A stretch of 64,000 bases of DNA from Candidatus Multivoradales bacterium (lineage in GTDB: Bacteria > Acidobacteriota > Thermoanaerobaculia > Multivoradales > JAHEKO01). Numbering within the stretch: the stretch's first letter is position 1; each line of letters opens with the position of its first letter. The position numbers and the translations under genes were made by a program. The notes beneath the pieces are model-generated. The model was given only the letters and a program-made list of their open reading frames with translations, was not told the DNA's origin and did not search any database. The stretch lies in NCBI GenBank assembly GCA_965223755.1, contig CBDCXF010000002.1, positions 733,780-797,779 on the forward strand, written 5' to 3'. Positions 29,850-38,533 of this stretch are shown here, in pieces.

Positions 29850-30422
29850 TCAACCAATGCTCTTCTCCCACGAAATCCCAGCCAAAACCCAGAACCCCAA
29901 GGCGACAATCGCTCCGGTCCAAGTCCAGCCGTACGGCGGAGAAAACAGCAGTGCGATGTACCCAGCGGCGACCAGTCCACTGACTAAGAGCATCCTGCGA
30001 TCCAAATGCAGGCCCGCCAAAAAGTAGACCAAGGCGATAAAGATCAGAAAGAGGCGGGCAAGTGCCGGCCAAGCAATATCCCCAGCAAAGACCATCGGCA
30101 AGGTCATGGCGATGGCGGCAAGCAGTGCGGCCCAATGCAACATGTGCTTGCGCCCGGCGCGCTCATTGCGCTGGCCAGCCTGTTGCGCCGCGCGGCGGCC
30201 AAGGAGCACGCTGGCGACAAAACCGAGCGGCGCGGCGACGAGAAAGAACCGCCCCACCCACTCTGGAGCAAAGTCGACCAGCGAGAACCCGATCAAAGCG
30301 ATCAATCCCCACAGTGCGTAGATGGGGGCGGGAGTTCCCGACCCGGAGCGATCGATCGACTGACGAATGTGTTGTAAGTCTTCAGCAACTCGATCGCGGG
30401 CTGCAGACTGAGTTGATGTCAT
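29850..30422 (-). CDS. Integral membrane protein (5-6 TM), function unknown, cotranscribed with downstream wHTH regulator
   Basis: 190 aa, hydrophobic helices throughout. aaggag RBS 7 nt before ATG at 30422. Confidence 0.5.
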   Translation of the reverse strand: MTSTQSAARDRVAEDLQHIRQSIDRSGSGTPAPIYALWGLIALIGFSLVDFAPEWVGRFFLVAAPLGFVASVLLGRRAAQQAGQRNERAGRKHMLHWAALLAAIAMTLPMVFAGDIAWPALARLFLIFIALVYFLAGLHLDRRMLLVSGLVAAGYIALLFSPPYGWTWTGAIVALGFWVLAGISWEKSIG

Positions 30423-30449
30423 CTTTTCATCTCCTTCACTCCCAATATT

Positions 30450-30482
30450 GGAGTGCTCTAAAATTTAGAGCAAAAGAGCTCC
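30450..30482. promoter_or_regulatory. Perfect palindrome TGCTCTAAA-a-TTTAGAGCA (nested in GGAG...CTCC) between dnaE2 stop and the membrane-protein/wHTH operon: candidate operator or terminator
   Basis: 19-bp dyad at 30454-30472, AT-rich centre, lies 25-50 nt upstream of the aaggag/ATG of gene 30422<-. No T-tract on the transcribed strand, so an operator is favoured. Confidence 0.35.
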
Positions 30483-30494
30483 ACTGTCAAGCAA

Positions 30495-33400
30495 TCAATG
30501 AAAATCGCGGCTGCCGCCGGAGGCCGGACGCTCGTTCAACTGGGGCTCCCAGAAACGATCTGCAATCAGGTGCACCACCCCATCCTGGACTTGCAGGCGA
30601 CCACTGACCCCCAAGAATTGGGTGGTCTTGATCAACAGCGCAAAGCGCTGGAACGTCTTCGACCACACCACGACGTTGACGAAGCCCGACTCGTCTTCCA
30701 AGGTCATGAAGACGACTCCAGAAGCCGTCCCCGGGCGCTGGCGGCAGATCACCATCCCCGCGTAGTGCATCGCTTGTCCATCTTGTGATTGGTTGACCTG
30801 CGCGGCCCTGGGCAGATTCATGTGCTCCAGGGTGGACCGCAATGGTTGGAGTGGATGACCGCGGGCGCTGTGGCGGCTGGTGGTGTAGTCCCAGCCGATA
30901 GCGGTGAATTCATCGAGAGGCTGGATCTGCGCCGCTGGTTCGCGGTCGGTCAAGGCCAGGGTCGATGGTGCTCTCCGCGCAGCACCTCGACTGCGCCACA
31001 GGGCGAGGCGACGATGGTCCTCTAAAGACTCGAAGGCGCCGGCTTTGGCCAGGCGCACGACCGTTCCCTCGTCGACGTCCGCTCGTTGAACGAGATCTTC
31101 CAGAGTCTTAAAGTCTCCGGCATCGATTTCTTTCCGCAACCCTCGCCAAACTTCTTCCCGCAACCCTTTGACATAGCGCATGCCCATGCGCACAGCGTGG
31201 TTTTCTTGCTCGCCCTCTTTGGAAATGCAGTCCAGCGTGCAGTTCCAGTCACTGTAGAGAACGTCGAGCGGACGCACCTCAACTCCGTGACGCTTGGCGT
31301 CCTCGACCAAGGTCGAAGCCGAATAGAACCCCATCGGCTGGGCGTTCAAGATCGAACAAAGAAATACCTCAGGATGGTGGCACTTCATCCACGCGGTGGC
31401 GTAGGCGATGAGGGCGAAGCTGGCAGCGTGACTTTCCGGAAAGCCGTATTCGCCAAAGCCCCGAATCTGATCGAAGACTCTCTCGGCAAACTCCAAGGCG
31501 ATGCCCTTGGCGGTCATGCGGTGGATGAGGCGGGCGCGATGCCGCTCGATACGCCCGCTGCGTCGCCACGCCGCCATGTCGCGGCGCAGTTGGTCGGCTT
31601 CACCGGGGCTGTAATCGGCGGCCACCATTGCCAGGCGGATGACTTGTTCCTGAAACAGGGGCACTCCCAGTGTCTTCTTGAGCACCGGTTCCAGACACGG
31701 ATGCGGGTAAGTAACTTCCTCCTCGCCGTTACGCCTTTTGAGGTAGGGATGAACCATGCCACCGGTGATCGGCCCCGGGCGCACGATCGAGACCTCCACC
31801 ACGATGTCGTAGTAGTTCTCGGGCTTTAAGCGCGGCAGCATCGACATCTGCGCCCGGCTTTCGATCTGGAAGGTGCCCACCGTGTCGGCCGCCTGAATCA
31901 TGGAATAGGTCGCGGCGTCATCTTCCGGAATCGTCTCCATCGACCATTCCTCGCCCTTGACCTCCCGCAGTAGGTCAAATCCCAAATGCAACTGGTGCAG
32001 AGCACCGATTCCCAGAAGATCGACCTTGAATAACCCCAGTTCCTCCAGAGAATCCTTGTCCCACTGAATGACCGTGCGGTTCTCCATAGTCGCGTTCTCG
32101 ATCGGCACCACCGTCGCCACCGGCTCGTGCCCAAGCAAAAAACCACCGGGGTGGATGGAAAGATGGCGTGGAAAATCTTGTATCTCTTGCGACAGCCTCA
32201 GCAGATGGCCGTAAATCGTGTCGCTGGGATCAAAGCCGGCCTGCCGGAAGGAATTGGAATCAAAGCCTCCGTAGTAGGGCAAAACCTTGGCCAATCGATC
32301 CAGTTCGGTGGCCGGCACGCCCAGGGCCTTGCCTACATCGCGCACCGCTGACCGCGTTCGGTAGCGCACCACGTTGGCAACCATGGCTGCATGTTCACGC
32401 CCGTATTTGGCGTAGACAAACTGAATTGCTTCTTCGCGCCGGTTGTGTTCGATGTCGAGGTCGATGTCGGGGGGTTCGGCGCGTTCGCGAGAGAGGAAGC
32501 GTTCAAACAACAATCCCATATGGATAGGGTCGACAGCAGTGATACCCAAGCAATAGCAAACGGCCGAGTTGGCGGCAGATCCCCGCCCCTGACACAGAAT
32601 GTCGTGCCGCTGACAGAACTGGACGATCTCCCACATGGTCAAGAAATAGCCGCCATAGTCCAGATCTTCAATGAGGTCGAGTTCCTTGTCGAGTTGCTTG
32701 GCCACCTCTTCGGGAACCTCGCCTCCGTAGCGTCCTCGAGCGCCCTCAAAAGTGAGACGGCGCAGCCAGCTCGAGCTGGTCTCCCCGTTGGGGATCTCTT
32801 CGGCCGGATAGCGGTAGCGAATCTGGTCGAGGGAGAACGTACAACGCTCGGCTACTTCCAGTGTGCGCTCGACCGCGGCGGGGTCGTCACTGAATAGATC
32901 CTGAAAGGAAACGGTGCTGTGGAGATGGTGTTCGGCGTTGCCGGTGGTCAGTACACCGGCTTCCGCCAAGGTGATGCCCTCGCGCAAAACCGTCAGCACG
33001 TCTTGCAAATCCTTGCGGTTGGCAGCGTGGTAGAGCACTTCATTGGCGGCCACCATCGGAATGTCGAACCTCTTGGCCCTTTGTCGCAGAATCTCCTCGT
33101 CTCCGACCTCATGGGCGAGTCGATGGCGTGCGACGAGAGCGTAGAGGCGATCTCCAAAAGCTTCGTGCAAATGGTGAGCGACAAAGAATGGATCCGCCTG
33201 GCCGGTCAGCAAACTTCTTCTTCCACCCCACAGAGCCAAGAGACCTTGAGCGTGTTCACAGACTTCCTCCCAGGAGACCTCACTCGAGCCCTTGTCACAG
33301 CGCAACCGGCCGCGGGTGATCAAACGGCAGAGGTTCGCGTATCCCTCACGATCTTGCGCCAGCAACATCAGGGTCGTGCCGTCGGTCACGGTGATCTCCG

Positions 33401-33593
33401 AACCGAGGATCAACTGAACGCCGGTGGATTGCGCCGCGGCGTGCGCTTCGACCACTCCATAGACGCCATCGCGGTCGGTCAGTGCAATAGTGGGTATCCC
33501 CAGGCGGGCACAAGTTCCCACCAACTCCTCGGGGTGGCTGGCACCTTCCAGGAAGGAAAAATTGCTCTTGGCCCATAAAGCTGCGTAACTCAC
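30495..33593 (-). CDS. dnaE2: Error-prone DNA polymerase III alpha subunit DnaE2 (ImuC)
   Basis: GTG start overlapping imuB stop (GTGA). N-terminal PHP domain begins ...YAALWAKSNFSFLEGASHPEELV. Polymerase core GxGSAANS/ DxDxD-like motifs. ~1,030 aa typical for DnaE2 rather than DnaE1. Confidence 0.85.
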   Translation of the reverse strand: MSYAALWAKSNFSFLEGASHPEELVGTCARLGIPTIALTDRDGVYGVVEAHAAAQSTGVQLILGSEITVTDGTTLMLLAQDREGYANLCRLITRGRLRCDKGSSEVSWEEVCEHAQGLLALWGGRRSLLTGQADPFFVAHHLHEAFGDRLYALVARHRLAHEVGDEEILRQRAKRFDIPMVAANEVLYHAANRKDLQDVLTVLREGITLAEAGVLTTGNAEHHLHSTVSFQDLFSDDPAAVERTLEVAERCTFSLDQIRYRYPAEEIPNGETSSSWLRRLTFEGARGRYGGEVPEEVAKQLDKELDLIEDLDYGGYFLTMWEIVQFCQRHDILCQGRGSAANSAVCYCLGITAVDPIHMGLLFERFLSRERAEPPDIDLDIEHNRREEAIQFVYAKYGREHAAMVANVVRYRTRSAVRDVGKALGVPATELDRLAKVLPYYGGFDSNSFRQAGFDPSDTIYGHLLRLSQEIQDFPRHLSIHPGGFLLGHEPVATVVPIENATMENRTVIQWDKDSLEELGLFKVDLLGIGALHQLHLGFDLLREVKGEEWSMETIPEDDAATYSMIQAADTVGTFQIESRAQMSMLPRLKPENYYDIVVEVSIVRPGPITGGMVHPYLKRRNGEEEVTYPHPCLEPVLKKTLGVPLFQEQVIRLAMVAADYSPGEADQLRRDMAAWRRSGRIERHRARLIHRMTAKGIALEFAERVFDQIRGFGEYGFPESHAASFALIAYATAWMKCHHPEVFLCSILNAQPMGFYSASTLVEDAKRHGVEVRPLDVLYSDWNCTLDCISKEGEQENHAVRMGMRYVKGLREEVWRGLRKEIDAGDFKTLEDLVQRADVDEGTVVRLAKAGAFESLEDHRRLALWRSRGAARRAPSTLALTDREPAAQIQPLDEFTAIGWDYTTSRHSARGHPLQPLRSTLEHMNLPRAAQVNQSQDGQAMHYAGMVICRQRPGTASGVVFMTLEDESGFVNVVVWSKTFQRFALLIKTTQFLGVSGRLQVQDGVVHLIADRFWEPQLNERPASGGSRDFH

Positions 33594-35080
33594 TCGACTT
33601 TTCCGTGCAAAAACCACCGCCGCGACAAGCGGTCGAAGAAGATCCACAGAATGTCGCCTTTGCGGGTCTCAGCGAAGTGGTACTCCCGGTGTACCGCGCG
33701 CCGCCACCAGCCACCCGCGACCACAAACGGCCCCTTCACTCGATCCACCGGGCTGTCCGCCAAACCCCGCAGCAGCCAACCGTCCGGTTCTCTGCGCGGC
33801 CGCGGAGGCAGCGGCATGGGCTTGGCGAGAAAGCGACGCACCAGTCTCGACTCGGCAAGGCGCGGCGGCTTGGCTTCCGCCAGGCCTTCAAACGACCGCC
33901 ACTCAAACTGCCCTTCCGGAAGATGACCGGCGCGCAATTCGGCTTTTTGCACCGAACTCTCGCCTAGCTCAGCCCGCACTCGCGCCAAAGCTCGATTGGC
34001 AGCCGCCAGATCTCGTCGCGTCTCGGTGGTAAACAAGTCCATCTGGCCGGAGCGCATGTGTTTGCCCCGCACACTCAGGATGATTTCCTCAGCGCCCTCT
34101 TGTAGGCGCAAGCCGTCAAAGCGCAACGACAGAAGTTCGAGCCACTGCCTGAGGTCGTTGGTGGGCTCCGCAGTGCGCATCGACTCGCACCGGGGTTCGC
34201 CCCTTTCCAGGCGCAACTCCACATCGATTTCTTGAGTCAGCTCACTCCGCAGAGTCATCGCCGCGAGCAGCGAAGAAAGGAGAGCTTCAATCCAGTTGAG
34301 AAGACGGGTGAGATCGCGAACGGACTCCTCCAAAAAAATCTGCTCACGGATCTCAACTTCGACTTCCTGCGGCTGTAAAGGAGGCTCGCGCTCGCCGCAC
34401 ACCTGCTGATGCAGGGCGCGCGCAGATTCGCCGAAGCGCCGCTCGATCCCTTCCCGCGGGAGGGCAGCAAACTCTCCCAGGGTCCGAATCCCCAGATCTT
34501 TCAAGGCATCGCGTACTTGAGGTTCCACACCCAAGTCGGCCAGTCGAACCCGGGCTGCCAACCGTCGCTCTTGCTTCCGTGACGGGCTGATCCAAATTCG
34601 CTCGGCAACCCCTTTGGCGAGTGCATAGGTGGCAAAGCGATCCCAGCCGACCACAACCCGGCCGACAAACTCCTTGCGCTGCAAACGATCTTGTAAATCC
34701 TCCGCCCAACGATTGAGATCGGGAAACAAGCGCTCGAGTCCTGAGAGATCGAGCCAGAAAACACCCGGCTCTTCGGCCGCTGCTTCCACCCGCGGGGAAT
34801 AGGCGGTCAGAACTTCATCAATGAGTCCGTCAATGGCCTGTTGGATGGTCGCCGCTGGCATTTCGGCAGCGCGCAGATCGCGGCAAAGGGCCAGAGCTGA
34901 GGCATAGCGCATCCCGGGAAGAATCCTCTGTTGGCGCGCCAATCGATTGATCCACAGCAGCTTGCCCTGAGGTTTGTCTTCGTCAACAACCGCAGAGGGA
35001 TGACACCGCCATTCGGGCTTCTGGAGCAGTTGCAACTGCAGTGGAAACGCGGCGAGATCAACACACGCCTGGCGGCCCAC
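33590..35080 (-). CDS. imuB: Y-family polymerase-like protein ImuB
   Basis: 496 aa, UmuC/DinB-like fold lacking catalytic acidic residues in the usual positions. Located between imuA and dnaE2 as in characterised mutagenic cassettes. Confidence 0.75.
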   Translation of the reverse strand: MGRQACVDLAAFPLQLQLLQKPEWRCHPSAVVDEDKPQGKLLWINRLARQQRILPGMRYASALALCRDLRAAEMPAATIQQAIDGLIDEVLTAYSPRVEAAAEEPGVFWLDLSGLERLFPDLNRWAEDLQDRLQRKEFVGRVVVGWDRFATYALAKGVAERIWISPSRKQERRLAARVRLADLGVEPQVRDALKDLGIRTLGEFAALPREGIERRFGESARALHQQVCGEREPPLQPQEVEVEIREQIFLEESVRDLTRLLNWIEALLSSLLAAMTLRSELTQEIDVELRLERGEPRCESMRTAEPTNDLRQWLELLSLRFDGLRLQEGAEEIILSVRGKHMRSGQMDLFTTETRRDLAAANRALARVRAELGESSVQKAELRAGHLPEGQFEWRSFEGLAEAKPPRLAESRLVRRFLAKPMPLPPRPRREPDGWLLRGLADSPVDRVKGPFVVAGGWWRRAVHREYHFAETRKGDILWIFFDRLSRRWFLHGKVE

Positions 35081-35795
35081 GGAAACTCTCCAAGTGCTCC
35101 CATCCCGGTCCGCGGCGTTTGTCCTTGAGTACTTTCGCTCTGCATCGATAGTGCTTGCCCGATCGATCTACTTCGCGTTCAACCTGAGCGCGTAGCGACA
35201 CCAAAGACCCCAAAGAGGGTTCTTGGCTCTCTTTTTCCGTCAGACACAACATCGCCGTCTCGTGCTTCTTCGCCAAGGAAGACAGGCGCGTCTGCACCGG
35301 CATCGGCATGCGCGCCCGCGACGGCATGTCCAACACGATGAGGCCAAAGGCTCCACATCGCAAAAGGTGGTCCGCAGCCCGGAAGGAGTCCAGAGCGGAG
35401 CGGGGATGGATCACCGGCAAAGCTTCGAGATCGACGCCACAAGTCGCCGCATCGGGAGGGAAAAACGATCCACCCGGACGTCCAATCCAAGCCACCGGCT
35501 CCCCTAGGAGCTGTGCCTCACGCACCAAGGCAACCGCCAAACTCAGCGCTGCATTCGCCCTTCCCGATGAGAGCTCGGTTAGGCGTCCGGAAAAGGTAGT
35601 CCAAGTCCAGCCCGTAACCGGAGCCGGTACTGGACGAATCCCCCGTTGGACTTCGTGCTGTAGCTGCTCGGTGGACTTGAGAACGCCCGAGCCCGCTAGA
35701 TTTTGGGACTGGGTTTGCTGAGCTTGCCGGGCTTGCCGGGCTTGCTGGGCTTGGGCTTGCTGGGTCTGGACTTGGGGAGCGGCAAGTGCGGTCAT
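35058..35795 (-). CDS. imuA: ImuA (SulA/RecA-fold cell-division-inhibitor-like protein of the imuA-imuB-dnaE2 cassette)
   Basis: 245 aa. Q/A-rich N-terminus. Core ...VTGWTWTTFSGRLTELSSGRANAALSLAVALVREAQLLGEPVAWIG...CGAFGLIVLD resembles ImuA/SulA. ATG overlaps lexA stop (ATGA). Confidence 0.7.
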   Translation of the reverse strand: MTALAAPQVQTQQAQAQQARQARQAQQTQSQNLAGSGVLKSTEQLQHEVQRGIRPVPAPVTGWTWTTFSGRLTELSSGRANAALSLAVALVREAQLLGEPVAWIGRPGGSFFPPDAATCGVDLEALPVIHPRSALDSFRAADHLLRCGAFGLIVLDMPSRARMPMPVQTRLSSLAKKHETAMLCLTEKESQEPSLGSLVSLRAQVEREVDRSGKHYRCRAKVLKDKRRGPGWEHLESFRGPPGVC

Positions 35796-36403
35796 GTCAG
35801 GAACCTCCGCACTTCAATCACACGACCCAAAATGGTCAGCTCCTCCGATTCCTCAGAATCAACAACGATGGGATCGAAAGCTGGGTTCTCAGCTCGCAGC
35901 TCTACCGTCGAGTCCCGTTTATACAAGCGCTTGACCGTTGCTTCTTCGCCCACCAAAGCAACGATGATCTCCCCTGATTCGGCATTGGGCTGGCGGCGGA
36001 CAACGACCACATCGCGATCCAAAATTCCAGCCCCCACCATGCTCTCGCCCTGCACGCGCAGCCCAAACAATTCACCACCGGAGTCATGATCGAGAGGCAA
36101 GTACCCTTCGAGATCTTCAACCGCGGTGGTCAACGAACCCGCTTGCACTCGCCCCAAGAGAGGAATCCAACGGGGAGAGACTTCCACTTTCTGCGGCAGG
36201 CGATAGCCGCGAGCGCGCCCGGCTGTCTTGGTCAACCGCCCTTCGTCGACCAATGTCTCCAAGTGTTGGCGCGCAGTTTGGACGGAACGAAAGCCGAATT
36301 CATCTTGCACTTCTCGCACCGTCGGTGGCTCGCCATTTAGCAAGCGCTGACGTACAAACTGGAAGATGCGATTGCGGGTTTGGCCGGGAGGTGTCTTTCC
36401 CAT
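35792..36403 (-). CDS. lexA: LexA repressor (S24 peptidase)
   Basis: N-terminal wHTH (PTVREVQDEFGFRSVQTARQHLETLVDEGRL), cleavage site region and Ser/Lys dyad (GESMVGAGI...VKRL). First gene of lexA-imuA-imuB-dnaE2 operon. Confidence 0.85.
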   Translation of the reverse strand: MGKTPPGQTRNRIFQFVRQRLLNGEPPTVREVQDEFGFRSVQTARQHLETLVDEGRLTKTAGRARGYRLPQKVEVSPRWIPLLGRVQAGSLTTAVEDLEGYLPLDHDSGGELFGLRVQGESMVGAGILDRDVVVVRRQPNAESGEIIVALVGEEATVKRLYKRDSTVELRAENPAFDPIVVDSEESEELTILGRVIEVRRFLT

Positions 36404-36473
36404 ACCAACATGGTACCATACATTTGTGTGTAACCAAAATCACATCGTGTTACAGTCTTTTCAACATTACCGC

Positions 36474-36494
36474 TTGTTGCTTTGCAAGCAACAA
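36474..36494. promoter_or_regulatory. Perfect 9-bp inverted repeat TTGTTGCTT-tgc-AAGCAACAA in the lexA / 36518 divergent promoter region. A LexA operator is one possibility but unconfirmed
   Basis: Located ~70 nt upstream of lexA start and 24 nt upstream of the ATG of the divergent gene. Additional dyads nearby (TACATTTGTGTGTA; TGTTacagtcttttcAACA). Does not match the gammaproteobacterial CTGT-N8-ACAG box. Confidence 0.3.
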
Positions 36495-36517
36495 CACAAA
36501 CCACAGGAGGTAGTTGA

Positions 36518-37306
36518 ATGAAGCGAATCGGACTTCTAGTTGTGGGGGCAGCTTTGGTCTTTCCAGCCACTGCTGTGGTGACTCCGGCTGCTGCCGACCC
36601 GGTCACCTTGGTCACCTATTACCAAGCCAAAGACCAAGACGGCAACGGCCTCGTCGAACACATGAAGACCTATGGGCTCGACGATGTCTTAAATGCCCAG
36701 ATGGAAGACGGCAACGTCCTCGGTTGGGGCATCGGCAACCGCACTCTCGACGGCCCTGAGCACACCCACATGGCCTGGGTCACCTACCCCAGCTTCACCG
36801 CTTGGCAGACCACCAATGAGGCTTTTGAGGCTCATTTCAATGAACTCGGGGAGGACGGGGCGGGTTCTCAGCAAGCCTTGCAGGATCTCATTCACGGCAT
36901 GGATGAGATGGTCATCAGCCACTCGACCTTCGAGGTCAACCTTGATGCCGAGTCGGAATTTTTGGCAGTTTCAACCTTTCGCGCCAACCCCGGCATGAAC
37001 GTCAAAGCGTCGGCCTGGATCGATGGCGGCAATGAAGCTAACGCTCAACTTTTGGGGGATGGCGTCCTTGATGGCTACGGGGTCTTCTCGCAGGTCTACC
37101 ACACCAATCCCGAGTGGACACATGGCACCTGGAGCAGCTTTACCGGTATCGACAAGCATGACGCTGTCATCGCGGCCTATGAAGCGGCCAGCAACGAGGA
37201 GAGTCGAGCCGCTCGGGCCGCTGCCATGGATTTCAGTGGACACCGCGACGAACTGTACTGGATCGTGTATGCCCCATGGCTGGTTGATGGAGAGGAAGAG
37301 GAGTAG
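36518..37306 (+). CDS. Hypothetical secreted protein
   Basis: 262 aa, signal peptide MKRIGLLVVGAALVFPATAVVTPAAA, aggagg RBS. Acidic C-terminal tail (DGEEEE). Confidence 0.5.
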   Translation: MKRIGLLVVGAALVFPATAVVTPAAADPVTLVTYYQAKDQDGNGLVEHMKTYGLDDVLNAQMEDGNVLGWGIGNRTLDGPEHTHMAWVTYPSFTAWQTTNEAFEAHFNELGEDGAGSQQALQDLIHGMDEMVISHSTFEVNLDAESEFLAVSTFRANPGMNVKASAWIDGGNEANAQLLGDGVLDGYGVFSQVYHTNPEWTHGTWSSFTGIDKHDAVIAAYEAASNEESRAARAAAMDFSGHRDELYWIVYAPWLVDGEEEE

Positions 37307-37404
37307 CGCTTAGAGACTAAGAAGTCTCCTTGGGGGGCGGCTCCAGGTCAGGCGGGTTTCGCCGAGGAAGACCGGAGCCGCCTTTCTTGTCTCAGTCATC
37401 AGAT

Positions 37405-38433
37405 ATGAAAGGTCGAGGAAGCGCCACCAACCCAGCTAGTCGATTTGATCGGCTGCAGGTGCAATGGGAAATCCCACCGCCGGATCGGGAACCGACTCAG
37501 TTTCTGGTTGACGCCAGCAAAACAGTCATCGCCACCAACTCCAGCCCCGACGTCGGGTTTGACGCTTCCATCAACCCCTATCGAGGATGCGAGCATGGTT
37601 GCAGTTATTGCTACGCTCGCAATACTCACGAGTACTTGGGGTTCTCGGCTGGCCTTGATTTCGAGACCCGTATCTTGGTCAAACAAAATGCCCCTGAATT
37701 GCTGCGCAGGGAACTGGCGTCTCCCAAATGGAAGCCCACGCCACTCGGCATGTGCGGGGTCACGGATCCTTATCAGCCGGTCGAGCGCAAGCTCGAAATC
37801 ACCCGACGATCTCTCGAGGTGTTAGCCGAAGCTCGCAATCCGGTGATGCTGGTGACCAAAAACCACCTCGTAACTCGGGACATCGATCACCTGACCGAAC
37901 TTGCCCGGCACAACTGCGTCGCGGTGACGATATCGATTCCCAGTCTCGACCCCCACTTGACCCGCATCATGGAACCTCGGGCTTCTCATCCGCGCGACCG
38001 AATCAAGGCGATTGCTGAACTCAGTCGGGCGGGGATTCCCAGCGCGGTCAACATCGCACCACTGATTCCCGGACTTACCGACCACGAAATTCCAAGCATC
38101 CTCAAGTCTGCTGCCGAGGCCGGTGCCACTCGCGCCAACTACATACTGCTCAAACTTCCGGGCGCGGTAAGGGGCCTGTTCGTTTCCTGGTTGGAAGAAC
38201 ACTTCCCCGACCGCAAAGACAAAGTCCTGTCTCGAGTTCGCCAACTGCGTCGAGGAAAACTCAATAGCTCCGACTTCGCGACCCGCGGTCGCGGAGAGGG
38301 ACATCTCGCCAAGGAGCTACACGAGTTCTTCGAAATCCACAGGAAGAGAGCTGGGCTGGAAAAAGGGGCTCCCTTTTTGTCGACGGAGTCTTTCCGTCGA
38401 CCGGAGTTGGAGCAGAAGAGATTGTTTGACTAG
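37405..38433 (+). CDS. Radical SAM protein of the SplB / PA0069 (DNA-repair-photolyase-like) family
   Basis: Start at internal ATG 37405. CxxxCxxC cluster region PYRGCEHGCSYCYARNTHEYLGF. Conserved blocks VTDPYQP, NPVMLVTKN, ANYILLKLPGAVRGLF. Immediately downstream (divergent) of the SOS mutagenesis operon. Confidence 0.75.
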   Translation: MKGRGSATNPASRFDRLQVQWEIPPPDREPTQFLVDASKTVIATNSSPDVGFDASINPYRGCEHGCSYCYARNTHEYLGFSAGLDFETRILVKQNAPELLRRELASPKWKPTPLGMCGVTDPYQPVERKLEITRRSLEVLAEARNPVMLVTKNHLVTRDIDHLTELARHNCVAVTISIPSLDPHLTRIMEPRASHPRDRIKAIAELSRAGIPSAVNIAPLIPGLTDHEIPSILKSAAEAGATRANYILLKLPGAVRGLFVSWLEEHFPDRKDKVLSRVRQLRRGKLNSSDFATRGRGEGHLAKELHEFFEIHRKRAGLEKGAPFLSTESFRRPELEQKRLFD

Positions 38434-38477
38434 TGGTTAGTGGTTAGTGGTTAGTGGTTAGTGGTTAGTGGTTAGTG
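38431..38477. repeat. (TGGTTAG)x6 heptanucleotide microsatellite beginning on the radical-SAM stop codon
   Basis: TAG TGGTTAG TGGTTAG TGGTTAG TGGTTAG TGGTTAG TGGTTAG TG. Period 7 gives TAG in all three forward frames and TAA in all three reverse frames (CTAACCA). Confidence 0.8.
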
Positions 38478-38533
38478 AAAAAGATACGACGGACAGGGGG
38501 TCAGCGTCACCAGTCACCCTGTCACTTCGTCAC

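Noticed and set aside
29770-29980. Long form (156 aa) of the wHTH regulator ORF 29510..29980
   Set aside because: It would overlap the upstream membrane-protein gene by 130 nt. The conserved wHTH domain needs only the C-terminal ~86-100 aa, so an internal GTG start was preferred. Start remains uncertain.
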